Below, one piece after another: positions 1-11,330 of a DNA stretch of 64,000 nt. The stretch is taken from the NCBI RefSeq assembly GCF_964355755.1, contig NC_092680.1, forward strand, positions 20,469,045 through 20,533,044, read 5' to 3'. A program made the translations under genes and the position numbers. The DNA comes from Antedon mediterranea. Lineage: Eukaryota; Animalia; Echinodermata. The notes below the pieces were generated by a model that was not told where the DNA came from, made no database searches, and saw only the letters and a list, made by a program, of their open reading frames with translations. Each line of letters begins with the position of its first letter. Position 1 is the stretch's first letter.

Positions 1-1141
1 ATGCTGTTTGTGTAAGAATGGCTGAACAAGATTATCGTACTGGACGAAAAAGATGGATTTTTAGCACAAAATCAAAATCTTTTTTAGCGTGCACCATGTA
101 ATAACCTCAAGAAAAATATCAAGCTATAAAAATATTGTTTCCATTTTATCTCGGTATCTTACTTAGTATATGGTAGAAGGTGTATGCAAGTTACACGTCA
201 CTGACAACAAATCTTTTAAAAAGTTACAACCAGCTAAGTTTATGAAATCACATAAAAATGTGGTATTTTGAGGGAAAAAATAAAGATTGAGGGCGCTGTT
301 CACACAAGTAAAAATACACTTTTTTGCCCGTATCTAATTAAGTTTTAGCCATAATAATTTGAAAATAGTCTTATTTGATAGATAATTAAATTTTCCTTAT
401 ATATAAAAAAAAACTTTATATTAAATACACATAATTCTGATAAATTCATGTGATGTGCTTAAAATCAGCAAATATAATACATTTTAATATTATAACAAAT
501 GCTAGTGATGTTAATAAATTACAAAGTTAGTGATCATAAATAAAATTCTTTTACATTTCTAACAACTGCTGTTATTATACAACATATAAATGTAAATTTT
601 TCGAACCATTTCACAAAAACAACCATTTTACGGCCAATAGTTTTTGAGATTATAGAAATGTGTACTACCAGTACAGGTCAAAGGTCAATAAAAATATTTT
701 GGGTCATTTTCTTGAAAAAGTTCTTATTAGACTGAATAGAAACATATACCTACAGATTAATTTGAGCCCTATTTAAAGTTTGTCCAACTGTTAGTTACGG
801 AGTTATATGATATGTAGGTCAAAGGTCAAATATGCCAAAAATCATACTTCCAGCCATTTTTGGACAAACTTTTCCATTAGAACGAATATTAATATGCATC
901 TCCCAAATAATTTGACACTAAAATTATTTCATTTAATCTACGTGTTGCAAAGATATGACCATTTTGTTTTCAATGGGTCAAAACATTCAAATTGAGGTCA
1001 GAGGTCAAAGATGAATTTTAGAAATTTGACAACATGGGTTTTTATAACCAGCATGATTCAAATATTCATAAAACATAATGTTTACACTTTCCCCATGATC
1101 TGCACACGAAGGCACTTTTTTTGACATAGGGATCTGGACTA
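1..1141. mobile_element. Right end of a putative non-autonomous Academ-like DNA transposon
   Basis: Ends in GGGATCTGGACTA (1129-1141), resembling the TAG...CTA termini of Academ elements. Body has repeated AAGGTCA motifs. The left end is outside the window, so TIR and TSD cannot be confirmed. Confidence 0.35.
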
Positions 1142-1161
1142 TTGGTACGCGTATACGATTC

Positions 1162-1861
1162 TACGGTGGCTGATTTCCGCCAAAGAAAAAAATTACTTTA
1201 TAATAATACGGCGTTATAACGCCCTTATTAGGGCGTTATAACGCCCTAATTTAGGGCGTTATAACGCCCTAAATATACAATCTGTTCACACGTACATGCG
1301 CAGTACCTCTCGGCGCATTCACAGATTTTAGAAAGTCACGTGGTACATTACTGGCCATCTTTGTGTCCAACTATTCCTATGTTGTGTATGGAGTCGAGTC
1401 ATGTGCTTAAAAAATGTATAACATTCACAAGGTTTTAAATATAAAAACAATCAATTTGTTTAAAGGTTTTTGTTAAGATAACGCAATCTTAAAGTTACTG
1501 CAAAGATGATTTTAAACAACAAAATGTAAAAACAATGCATTACTATAGAGAATCGCTGTACAAAATAAACGCGTAGAGCCAGCCAGAGCCGTTAAATTAA
1601 ATGGGTTAAAGCTATTTTTTTTTTTTTAAATCATCAAAAAATAATGTTATTATTGTTTTAACAAAAACCTTTAAACAAATTGATTCAATCCATTCAAAGT
1701 CGCAACTCTTTATGGCTCTGGGTTTGTTGATGTACTACGCATGTGCATGTACGTGTGAACGGATTGTATAATTAGGGCGTTATAACACGCCCTAATAAGG
1801 GCGTTATAACGCCGTATTATTATATAAAAAAAAAATTCTTTGGCGGAAATCAGCCACCGTA
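1162..1861. mobile_element. Non-autonomous IS3EU-like TIR element
   Basis: Termini TACGGTGGCTGATTTCCGCCAAAGAA...TTCTTTGGCGGAAATCAGCCACCGTA, long imperfect TIRs containing GGGCGTTATAACGCCC palindromes, and a perfect 6-bp TSD CGATTC (1156-1161 / 1862-1867). TAYGG..CCRTA ends with a 6-bp TSD fit IS3EU. Confidence 0.75.
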
Positions 1862-2018
1862 CGATTCATCGCCGACACAATCGGCAAAGTTGAACATGGT
1901 TGAACTTTGCCGATTTGACTGCGATGAATCGGGGACTCTTCCCGATTGCGTCGGCGACATCTGCGCGTGTAGCGATTTTAATGGAAACGCTGTAGCGATT
2001 TTAATGGAAACCAGGCTT
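1862..2018. mobile_element. Right part of an older Harbinger-like MITE interrupted by the IS3EU-like insertion
   Basis: Ends in TGGAAACCAGGCTT and contains an internal palindrome ATCGGCAAAGTT..AACTTTGCCGAT. Confidence 0.4.
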
Positions 2019-2560
2019 ACGCTAGCCGAAAATATTCACCTCACAAATCGATGTATCGCCGTCTCCATAAAGTAAATTCCATTACATCTAGCAGCTTAAA
2101 AATAATGTCTGTGACAACACACAAATTCAGTTTGTCGCCCCTGGAGTACAAAAAGAACCCAACTAATTTCTAAAATCTTATTGGCTCTTTTCCAAAAATG
2201 TTTGGACATGTAGTTCTCGATAAAATGCAAATAAATTCAGTTTACTTGTTACTTCAAGACTGCTCGCCGGCGTTTGAACATTTTTTCCTATCTTTTAACA
2301 CTAGCCGGTCTGAAAATAATTTCAAGTTTGTTATTAATTTCTGAAGTTAGGCCTGATACTAAAGCAAAGTTTATGGTCTCAAAATATATACCTACCAACA
2401 CCGAAAAATCCAGAATTGTAGGCGTTATCGTGCTAACTAACATACAAACAATACAAGTAGTATTTTTACTTGGCAACATTTTATTTTGCCAAGTTTAAAT
2501 AGACACATTTGGTGGTACTAAAAAACTAGTTATCAACTAATAATAGTCTCATTTGACTTA

Positions 2561-2718
2561 AGCGTGGTTCCCACTAGCGACGCAACGCAAGCTGGACGTA
2601 AAGCAACGCATGGCTTATTCGCTTGTGATTGCTAACTGTCTATAACTTTTCTTGTGATTGGTCAATTCACTTGCGTTGCGTTACGTCCTTGCGTTGCGTT
2701 GCTAGTGGGAACCACGCT
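2561..2718. mobile_element. PIF/Harbinger-type MITE
   Basis: TIR AGCGTGGTTCCCACTAGC / GCTAGTGGGAACCACGCT flanked by TTA/TAA. Diverged relatives lie at ~19438-19645 and ~44840-44986. Confidence 0.7.
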
Positions 2719-2979
2719 TAACAATGGAACAGCAACGTGAAAAACAAGCGGGTGGATTTTAAAAGAAATAGTATTTTTTAAACTACTCGTATATAAAAAT
2801 CCGGTACATTAAATCAAGTTATGTTTTAAAAATTACAAATCACAAATTATAAGCCTTTTGGACAAGTAGTTCTCGAGAAAATAAAATTTCAGTTTACTTG
2901 TTACTTTAAGACCTGCTCACTGGCTTTTGAAAATTATTTGTGAAGTTTTAAAAACAAATTTTCTTGAATTTCAATAGTC

Positions 2980-3412
2980 ATAGTGCGTATTAACGTTTAA
3001 CGTGAGGTGCGCGTGAAAAAATCTGCGCACTTAAAATTGCCTGAAACGTACTCTAATTTCTCGAAATAAATTTGACAATTTTGAAAATTGTAAGCGCGCG
3101 TACGCATGCGTTATATGCGCTATGCACGTAATTGTACTGCCAAATGAGGAAATATGAGCTCAAATCTACGAGTACCAAATTGTATTTAATTGTGATTCAT
3201 GCTTGTGAAGATATGATTAAATCGTGCGTAGACCACGTATCGTAATTCTTGATTGCGCACCGTGAAAAACATAACCACATCGAGTCCTGGTCATAAGGAA
3301 TATACTCTGAAAATTTGACTTAGCTAGATGAAACTGTGTCAAGACAAGGCCATATATAAGTTAGTGTTTACCGACCGACCAATCGACCGACATAGTGAGC
3401 TGTAGAGACTAA
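2980..3412. mobile_element. Helentron/HINE-like non-autonomous element (partial)
   Basis: Its end AAGGCCATAT..AAGTTAGTGTTTACCGACCGACCAATCGACCGACATAGTGAGCTGTAGAG..ACTAAAAA matches copies at ~14841-14946 and ~15058-15163. Those copies keep a terminal hairpin GTCGCGTTGTACGACGCGAC and an ACCG-type microsatellite. Confidence 0.45.
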
Positions 3413-3862
3413 AAACAATGCAGATACGTGGTACACAGTATTCCTAAGATCATCATTCCATAATATGTAAATCTGCGTGCAAATAGCATGACAACTCGCC
3501 TGAAACTTGGTTGGCCTGTTTGCGGGGCTACAGAGTTGCTGGTTTTCGATAATTCGAAATGCATTTTCAAGTAACAATACAGGATGATACAGACTGGTGA
3601 AAACTGGTGAAAGTTTGAAATCACAATAACCAAAGCTACGTTGTTAGCGTTTAGTTCACAGTTGTTTAATATAGGCTCAGAATGTTCATACTAAAACAAA
3701 TAGCGAAATAAGACAACCACAAATATAGGGTAATAGAATAATGCCGAAATAGGTCTTACCCAGTCGTCCAGCTGCTGTTTTCTTACGGTAGAATATTGGA
3801 TGAACTATCGCTAAGTATTGCTCGATCGTGAGTGTAACGAAGTTATATGTAAATGCTGCTGT
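3413..3862 (-). pseudogene. Truncated duplicate of the adjacent GPCR gene (TM3-TM7 part)
   Basis: Highly similar to 4531-5043. It has an internal deletion of ~60 nt (AATAGCATG|ACAACTCGCC) and a 2-nt deletion near 3687, and lacks both termini. Confidence 0.85.
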
Positions 3863-3949
3863 ATTCAGTATAAATATGGAATACAAGAAAGTGAAAAAAA
3901 AACTGACGCACCGAAAAAAAAAAGAGAAAAAAGAGAAAAAAAAAGTATA

Positions 3950-4185
3950 AATAAAAGATTTACCTAAAAAATGTAATTTAAAGAAAAAATATTTAAATTG
4001 TCTGTCAGACAATGTTTTTGGTTAAAATTAACCGTTTCGTTTGTCTTTTTATTTTATAAGTGAAACAATATATATATATTTTTTTTTACAGAAGTGAATA
4101 ACTGTATTAAAACTGCAAAATGACCTATTTTAAGTCTGAATTTATTATTCTTTATTTTTCATGTTTTTGGGGGACAATACATCTT
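3950..4185. mobile_element. Truncated Kolobok-like MITE
   Basis: Ends GGGGACAATACATCT-TAA. Same family as 14391-14735, 22057-22365, ~22985-23200 and 59471-59776. Confidence 0.55.
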
Positions 4186-4393
4186 AATATTTCGACATTT
4201 TTCGACCACATTTCCTTCGCAATTATGACCTCTTCTTTACTAAAAACGGATTCCTCCAGAGGCTCAATAAGAAGTGTACCTGCTAACAAAAGCGAGAAGC
4301 AGAAAATTGTGGCAAAAATGATCGCACGTCCATAGATACGGAACCTGGAGAGAGATTTCGTGTCCTGTGTTGAACTCGTGCAGCTGTAAGGAG

Positions 4394-5329
4394 CTATATA
4401 CTGACGACTTGAGTTCTTCCATTGGTACTGATCTTTGAAATGTCTTGTTTTATTTTACCAACTCCACGTTTGAATTCTTTATAACATGTACAGTAAATAA
4501 ACGGATTAATCATTAGATTGAGATTCAACAACAATGCAGATACGTGGTACACAGTATTCCTAAGATCATCATTCCATAATATGTAAATCTGCGTGCAAAT
4601 AGCATGTGGTGTTATTGTTAAAATGTATACGGTTGCTACTGAATAAAGTGTTTTTATCAAATTTAAATGGACAACTCGCCTGAAACTTGGTTGGCCTGTT
4701 TGCGGGGCTATTGAGTTGCTGGTTTTCGATAATTCGAAATACATTTTCAAGTAACAATACAGGATGATGCAGACTGGTACAGACTGGTGAAAGTTTGAAA
4801 TCACAATAACCAAAGCTACGTTGTTAGTTTTTAGTTCACATTTGTTTAATATAGGCTCAGAATCTTCATTTATTAAAACAAACAGCGAAATAAGACAACC
4901 ACAAATATAGGGTAATAGAATAATGCCGAAATAGGTCTTACCCAGTCGTCCAGCTGCTGTTTTCTTACGGTAGAATATTGGATGAACTATCGCTAAGTAT
5001 TGTTCGATCGTGAGTGTAACAAAGTTGTATGTAGATGCTGCTGCGAACATATAAAAGAAAAAATGAAGTTTACAATATTTAGTTCCTTTAATTATATCGG
5101 AACAAAAAAACAACAAGAACATCAAAGATCCCAAGAAATCAATCAGTGTCTGATTTACAATTAGTTTCACCGACAAAGACTTTTTGTAACTTCTGTTGTA
5201 GAGAAACACAGCCAAAGTTACCAAGTTTCCAACGACACCAAATGAAGCAACAATCCATCGCAAAATAACGAGAGGCATTGGATCTTGCCATTCTATGCTA
5301 GCCAACGTATCATTTTTAAATTCAGCCAT
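4394..5329 (-). CDS. Intronless rhodopsin-family (class A) orphan GPCR, 311 aa from ATG 5329
   Basis: MAEFKNDT (N-glycosylation site), TM1 GVVGNL, TM2 LIDF, TM3 TIEQYLAIVHP (DRY-like), TM5 ILYCY, TM6 ITPH, TM7 INPFIY and a helix-8 FKRG. Confidence 0.9.
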   Translation of the reverse strand: MAEFKNDTLASIEWQDPMPLVILRWIVASFGVVGNLVTLAVFLYNRSYKKSLSVKLIVNQTLIDFLGSLMFLLFFCSDIIKGTKYCKLHFFFYMFAAASTYNFVTLTIEQYLAIVHPIFYRKKTAAGRLGKTYFGIILLPYICGCLISLFVLINEDSEPILNKCELKTNNVALVIVISNFHQSVPVCIILYCYLKMYFELSKTSNSIAPQTGQPSFRRVVHLNLIKTLYSVATVYILTITPHAICTQIYILWNDDLRNTVYHVSALLLNLNLMINPFIYCTCYKEFKRGVGKIKQDISKISTNGRTQVVSI

Positions 5330-5975
5330 AGTGTCGGTTTGAATACGAAAACAAAAATATGTGCTATTTATGCGATTTGTATTAAATCGTGGCCTAACAA
5401 CGGTCGTTTTATACGTTTTTAAAGCATGCGTCAAAGAAATTACTCGTCACCAATTGGATTATATCAGTGTTGTATTAAAAATAAGCTCGAATACCTCCCT
5501 ATTTAAATATTACCAATTGTTGTAGAATGAGTTGTAAATAGTGACCTTTAGGTAAGACGAATTATAGTAGACAATATCTTAATGCATATGTACATTTTAT
5601 AGACATACGTGTACAGGTAAAGATTCAATTCAGCAAGATCTTATATAAATAAGCTTATGTAATTAAAGCCAGGTTATAAATTTGATTTCAATAATAATGG
5701 ACAGCCCATCTAATAGGACAAACTGGCAAAAGAACCTTGTCGGCTGCGTCTTTAATGAGTTCAAATATAACGAAGCATAATTATCGATCATATCACTCTT
5801 CCTTGATCACAAAATTATTGTTTCCTAAGATATTATGTTGAATGCATTGGCGTTACCAAATTAAAAACTCCCGTCAGACCTATTGTCTGACGGGAGTTTA
5901 TTTTGTATCTCCATTGAGATCCAGCCACTGATACCCACAGCATTGTCATTTTTTTCAGTAATTTGCCTTTGGATT

Positions 5976-6092
<117 letters not shown>

Positions 6093-6201
6093 GCAATTAG
6101 GCAATGAACATTAATTCTAAACCGCCCGGTGATATACTGAAATTTAATTAATTAATTTGAAACGATAAAGATGAGGAAATCTGTGAGAATGAGAAAAAGT
6201 C

Positions 6202-6272
6202 GCCCCAACCGAGACTCGAACTCGGACCGTCTGCTTGATATGCAGTTGCCCTAACCATTAGACCACTGAGGC
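6202..6272 (-). ncRNA. tRNA-like sequence, copy 1, in a tandem repeat element (tRNA-derived repeat or pseudo-tRNA)
   Basis: Reverse complement GCCTCAG TG GTCTAATGGTTAGGGC A ACTGC ATATCAA GCAGA CGGT CCGAG TTCGAGT CTCGG TTGGGGC folds as a cloverleaf. It has A and B boxes and is followed by a TTTTT terminator. Apparent anticodon ATC. Confidence 0.6.
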
Positions 6273-6540
6273 TTTCAAGGTATTGTTCTTTAACTCAATC
6301 GGATAACGACCCTTTAACATTCTCGTAAATTCCTTTCATGGTATTGTTCTTTAACTCGATCGGATAACGACCCTTTAACATTCTCGTAAATTCCTTTCAT
6401 GGTATTGTTCTTTAACTCGATCGGATAACGACCCTTTAACATTCTCGTAAATTCCAAACCGCCCGGTGATACACTGAAAATTATTTAATTAATTTTTCAA
6501 ACGATAAAGATGAGGAAATCTGTGAGAATGAGAAAAAGTC

Positions 6541-6611
6541 GCCCCAACCGAGACTCGAACTCGGACCGTCTGCTTGATATGCAGTTGCCCTAACCATTAG
6601 ACCATTGAGGC
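6541..6611 (-). ncRNA. tRNA-like sequence, copy 2
   Basis: Differs by one base from 6202-6272; 339-bp offset. Confidence 0.6.
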
Positions 6612-6878
6612 TTTTATGCTATTGTTCTTTAACTCGATCGGATAACGACCCTTTAACATTATATATATATATATATATATTACAATCGGTTCTATAAACA
6701 ATATAACTAAATTAAATACTACAGTTTAATTAGAATTAAAAACATCTTAAATTAAGATGTTTTAATTCCGATTGTATTGCAGTACCGGTATTTAATATAT
6801 TTTAATTGGAATTAAAACATATTAAATACTACATTACAATCGGAATTAAAACATGTTAAATACTACATTACAATTAAA

Positions 6879-7697
6879 TTACCTACACTCTATAATGTTG
6901 TGAAATATGTAGAAGAATGTTGGCAAATGCCTCTTTACCTGCCGACTTACAATCACACCGCTCCCACCACAACTGTTTTCGTCCAAATACTCTGGTAACC
7001 ACTCTCGCTTCCAGCCCCGCATTCTCTTCATCTTCAGCTTAGCCCGGTTCCAATACGACTCGATGATCTGGGTGTGCACACCAGTGGCTGGGTCGACGAA
7101 GTGCCTGCTGTGGTTCACCATCTGATGTTCTGGGTGTGCACAGCAGTGGCTGGGTCGACGAAGTGCCTGCTGTGGTTCACCATCTGATGTTCTGGGTGTG
7201 CACACCAGTGGCTGGGTCAACGAAGTGCCTGCTGTGGTTCACCATCTGATGTTCTGGGCGTGCACACCAGTGGCTGGGTCAACGAAGTGCCTGCTGTGGT
7301 TCACCATCTGATGTTCTGGGTGTGCACACCAGTGGCTGGGTCGACGAAGTGCCTGCTGTGGTTCACCATCTGATGTTCTGCGACGTCTTGTATGTCTTCA
7401 ACCTTAAATAAAAAATAAATTTAAAGTTATATAGCGCATAGTGCTCAAAGCATATGCGCTGCGAAAAAAAAAAGCAAGTTTTCGTTAAAAATGGAAAAAA
7501 AACAACATTTAAATACGCTTTCCATAAATCCGAATACACGATGGTGCCTAGCCTCACATGTTCCTGAATTATTGGTAGAAGAGTTGCAGCTGCCCGGTTC
7601 TCCACCACTTCCATATATCCCAAAGCAGGCTTGTACGATGTGTCGGCAAGTCCAAAAACCCAGAGTGTTTCAGCTTCCCTGCCCCGGCCATTCTACA
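6879..7697 (-). mobile_element. Merlin (IS1595/ISXO2-like) DDE transposase remnant, disrupted
   Basis: Translates as GRGREAETLWVFGL...VVENRAAATLLPIIQEHVRLGTIVYSDLWKAY ... [46 protein letters not shown], typical ISXO2/Merlin motifs. A possible N-terminal piece lies at 8960-9072 (ITWLQDKHILHRERRC). Confidence 0.85.
7070..7380. repeat. 62-bp tandem repeat x5 inside the Merlin transposase
   Basis: Unit GGGTGTGCACACCAGTGGCTGGGTCGACGAAGTGCCTGCTGTGGTTCACCATCTGATGTTCT starts at 7070, 7132, 7194, 7256 and 7318. Confidence 0.95.
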
Positions 7698-8605
7698 AGA
7701 AAAACTAAATTAATTAGACCGTACTCTAATAATATATATTATTAATCTATAATAAAAGAAGCATGTCTTAATTGTTATTTGCTGTTGTGTATTTACATAT
7801 GAATACATATTATTTTGAACAATCACAGTAATATGGTAAGGAGTACTATAAGAACATTTGTGTAGTAGTAGTAGTTTTAGTCACTTTAAAATGAAAATCC
7901 TTGAAACACCACTCAATGGGTATTGTTTTATATTAGGAAATATCATATTGTCTACATATAGGCCTACTCCCGAACATGGCCAATCCTTCCCGTAAGGGAG
8001 AGGGGGTGGGAGAGGGGGGCCGACAGAATCCCCTCACCCTTCCCATATGATCTCCAATCCCTATACCCCTCCCCACTGGCACCACAAATGTTGTAATATA
8101 TTGTTATAACAGTACAAATGTAAATAAACTGATTTATTAGACACCGTAGTCCTATGCATTAAGCATAGGATCGGACTGCGTTTTTTTAGAGATATAATCT
8201 AGATACTTAAACATTTGCCATTTTCTAATTAACAACACTTAAAATAATGTGTATTGTAGTTCAGATCTTCGAAACTGTAAAGAAATATATAAAGTATTGT
8301 AAAAATGGTTATAAAGTGGTAATTAGATCCATCATTTATGCTATTTTGTCCTTTTTTAGGCCTTTTCGCCTTTGGCGGCCATTTTGTTTAAAAAAACTAT
8401 TTTCCTTACCTGGATTTTTCTTGACTTTTAATAATATGTTCATATAGAGACCTTATAGAAATGCATTATGGTGAGATTTTTTAACCATATTTCATAGTTT
8501 TCCTGTACAAATTTGCATTTGCTGCATCTCCATGCTACAGTATCGATACCTAAAGAAGAGAGACATTACATTATACTAAGCAATTCCCTTTACAGACAAA
8601 TAAAA

Positions 8606-8890
8606 ATATATAAAATAAAACAGCTAAATAACATAGTTATATTAATTATCAAGAACAACCTATAGGATCACGAATCTAAATCAATAGTTAGATACATAAA
8701 ATAAAACAGCTGAATAACATAGTTATATTAATTATCAAGAATAACCTATAGGATCACGAATTTAAATCAATATTTTGATGCATAAAAATAAAACAGCTGA
8801 ATAACATAGTATTAATTATCAAGAATAACCTATAGGATCACGAATTTAAATCAATATTTTGATGCATAAAAATAAAACAGCTGAATAATA
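8606..8890. repeat. ~85-bp tandem repeat, about 3.5 copies
   Basis: Recurring AAAATAAAACAGCTGAATAACATAG...ACCTATAGGATCACGAAT unit. Confidence 0.85.
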
Positions 8891-9660
8891 AGAATAATAA
8901 CATAAGATGACGGAAGTTGATAAAGAAGTTTACTTACATGCTCTGTTTGCGATGTACATACAAATTTCTGGTGGCATCTTCTTTCGCGGTGCAAAATGTG
9001 TTTATCTTGCAACCAGGTTATGTAGGACATAGCCCCATCAAAGCGCAGATCTAATCCAATCATAGGTAACATAGCGAGACGATATAATAATTATAGTAAT
9101 AATAAATAATATATTTATACAGGATAAAACAATCAGATAACAGTGTATCTGTTTTACATTGCAATGATTTATTTAAAAACTTGTTGAAGAATGGTGATTT
9201 GAGGAAATTTGTGGCATATTTATATATTTCGTGGTGTATTATAGCTTTCGAATTAAACAATACAATAAGATAATAGTAATTGACATTTATAAGAGAGTTT
9301 TTATTTCATTGTTTTTTTCATCCACAAACGGATAGCCGCTTCACACGTACTGTGCTTTTGCGTACCGCAACACCTTATTCAAGATATGTTTTGAACATTG
9401 CGCATTTTCGCACAAAGGAACTTGTTGACAATGGTGATGATATGAGACATTGCAATCGGCGCAGTTTTAACGAAATGGTAAACACTTAAATAACAATGCT
9501 CTGCGCCGTATGTCTCTAGAAGCAGTAGTTTATTGTTATTTTGTTTTGAAAGAAATAAATGTTAGCTTGAATTGAATTGAACATGGCGTCCATTCTTTTA
9601 AGGAGTAGATGCGAAAATCTATTTATCTATATATCTATTTATCTATTTATCTATTTATCA

Positions 9661-9820
9661 CTGATGAAGGGCTAGTGTTGCCCGAACGCTCTGCTAACTT
9701 TTCTAGCTGTTTTACTTATCGTTTTGATTTAGCTTTTCGCTTTTTTTTTGTATCTCCATTGAGATCCAGCCACTGATACCCACAGCATTGTCATTTTTTT
9801 TTCAGTAATTTGCCTTTGGA
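9661..9820 (+). mobile_element. Short microsatellite-flanked element with a hammerhead-like core (Penelope-like fragment)
   Basis: CTGATGAAGGGCTAGTGTTGCCCGAA... The same element occurs at 5901-5975 (partial) and 40080-40228 (minus strand). Confidence 0.55.
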
Positions 9821-11330
9821 TCTATTTATCTATTCATTTATTTATTTATTTATCTATTTATTCAACCATATTTCAAGAGGGTGACCCAGCCAGCGGAAGC
9901 TAATTTTGAGGGGCCTCAACAATACGACATAAAAACAAGTTTAAAAAATATTACAATAGTTAAAATTCAATTCAAGAATAAATATAAAATGTCAATAGAA
10001 AGGCAAAAATGTAAAAAGGCCAGAAAGATAAAAATTTAAAAAGAGCTATTGTTAAGCATAAAATTTACTTTTACAATTTAAAAAAGTATTGCAATTTCTA
10101 ATTAAAACGTTCAAAGAGTTAAAATATGTATAGGTCCTTTATAATTAAAAGAATGTTTAAAAAGTTTACACTGAGGTCTTGGAAAAACGAGATCACCCCT
10201 GAAAAGTTGCCGGGTAGCCATTCTTCCATTGGTAGTAATACTGGCAAGCCCACGGCAGATGTTAGTTGGGGCGAGATTGTTAGAGGCTCGATAGATAAGT
10301 CCGATTTATGTTTTTCAGTTACGTTACGATCTTTTTACAATACGATAGAAGTTGAGTAGTGCAGAACACTCTTTATATTTATGTATGCAACAAGTGGCAG
10401 TCTCTGATTGGATGCTCACTTGCACACACGGTATCACTTGTTATGCAAATTAGCAGGATAGAATGTTCTACCACGAGTTTAGTAGGTTGCACAGTACTGG
10501 TCGTAGAGAATAGATGTGGGCTAAGAGAGTGTTGTTGTTGTACACCTTAGCTAAGGCACATTATTCAACAGAGTACGTAAATAAAGGTAGCGAATGCTAC
10601 ACGTTAAAACTGTGAACTCAAATAAGCCAAAGTGGGGAATTAAGGACCGTGAGAGTACTACTATCGTTATAATTGATTCATTCAATAAATGATTTTCTTT
10701 ATTCTTTATTCTTTATATCAAGAGTAATGGTAAACTATTTATGTATTGGTATAATTGTGTTCTACTTATGGAATCTTAAATATTAGAAAATGCATGTTTT
10801 ATGTTAGTATAGATGGTCGGAGGAGAAGCTGATCTCCGTATAAAGTTATTTGTAATACGATGTAGTGTAGAGGCACGTCGAAGATAAAGTCTTCTAATGA
10901 TCATTGCAGCACGGGAACACTGTGGAACATTTCATTGTGAGCGCCGAAATAGACAGTCAAGTGGACTGTTATTGTGCATTGAATATATCCGTGTGAAACG
11001 AACTGTATTTATTGAACTATTAAAATAATTTAACCATATTATTATTACTAGTTTGTGTTTGTGTCGGGCAGTAATATCGTGACAGCAAGACAGCCTGTTT
11101 GATAGTCAGCACGTTGAGAAACGGTAAGAGTAGAAATGGTGTTAAAAAGTTGCCGGGAAGGACGGGAACTTGAAGAATAGTTCGGAGAGCTCTATTTTGA
11201 AGTTTCTGAATATTAGAGATGTGACTGTACAAGTTTCATACAACGTATTGTCGCATGTGTTTGCAAAATATGCTCCATAGCTCAAAATTAATGTATTGTA
11301 GATGGAGAAGTATTCTATATATTTAAGCTA
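9821..11330 (-). mobile_element. Decayed CR1/L2-group LINE, 3' portion
   Basis: The minus strand gives SIYNTLILSYG... and, after a frameshift, NIQKLQNRALRTIL (post-RT LINE motif). A long 3' region ends in GCTGGGTCACCCTC...AATAAA followed by a (TAAA/TAGA)n tail. Confidence 0.5.

Noticed and set aside
2288-2479. Short ORF with NNKLEIIFRPAS, faintly like the PEX3 exon RPANKLEIW
   Set aside because: The similarity is short and out of order, so it is probably chance.
6202-6272. Possible UGA-reading (TCA anticodon) suppressor or Sec tRNA
   Set aside because: Stem pairing CTGC/GCAG centres the loop on ATC, not TCA, and the long variable arm of tRNA-Sec is absent.
7070-7380. Regularly spaced repeats resembling a CRISPR array (also 18372-18640, 62553-62940, 63725-64000)
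   Set aside because: Units are contiguous with no unique spacers, there are no cas genes, and the context is eukaryotic.
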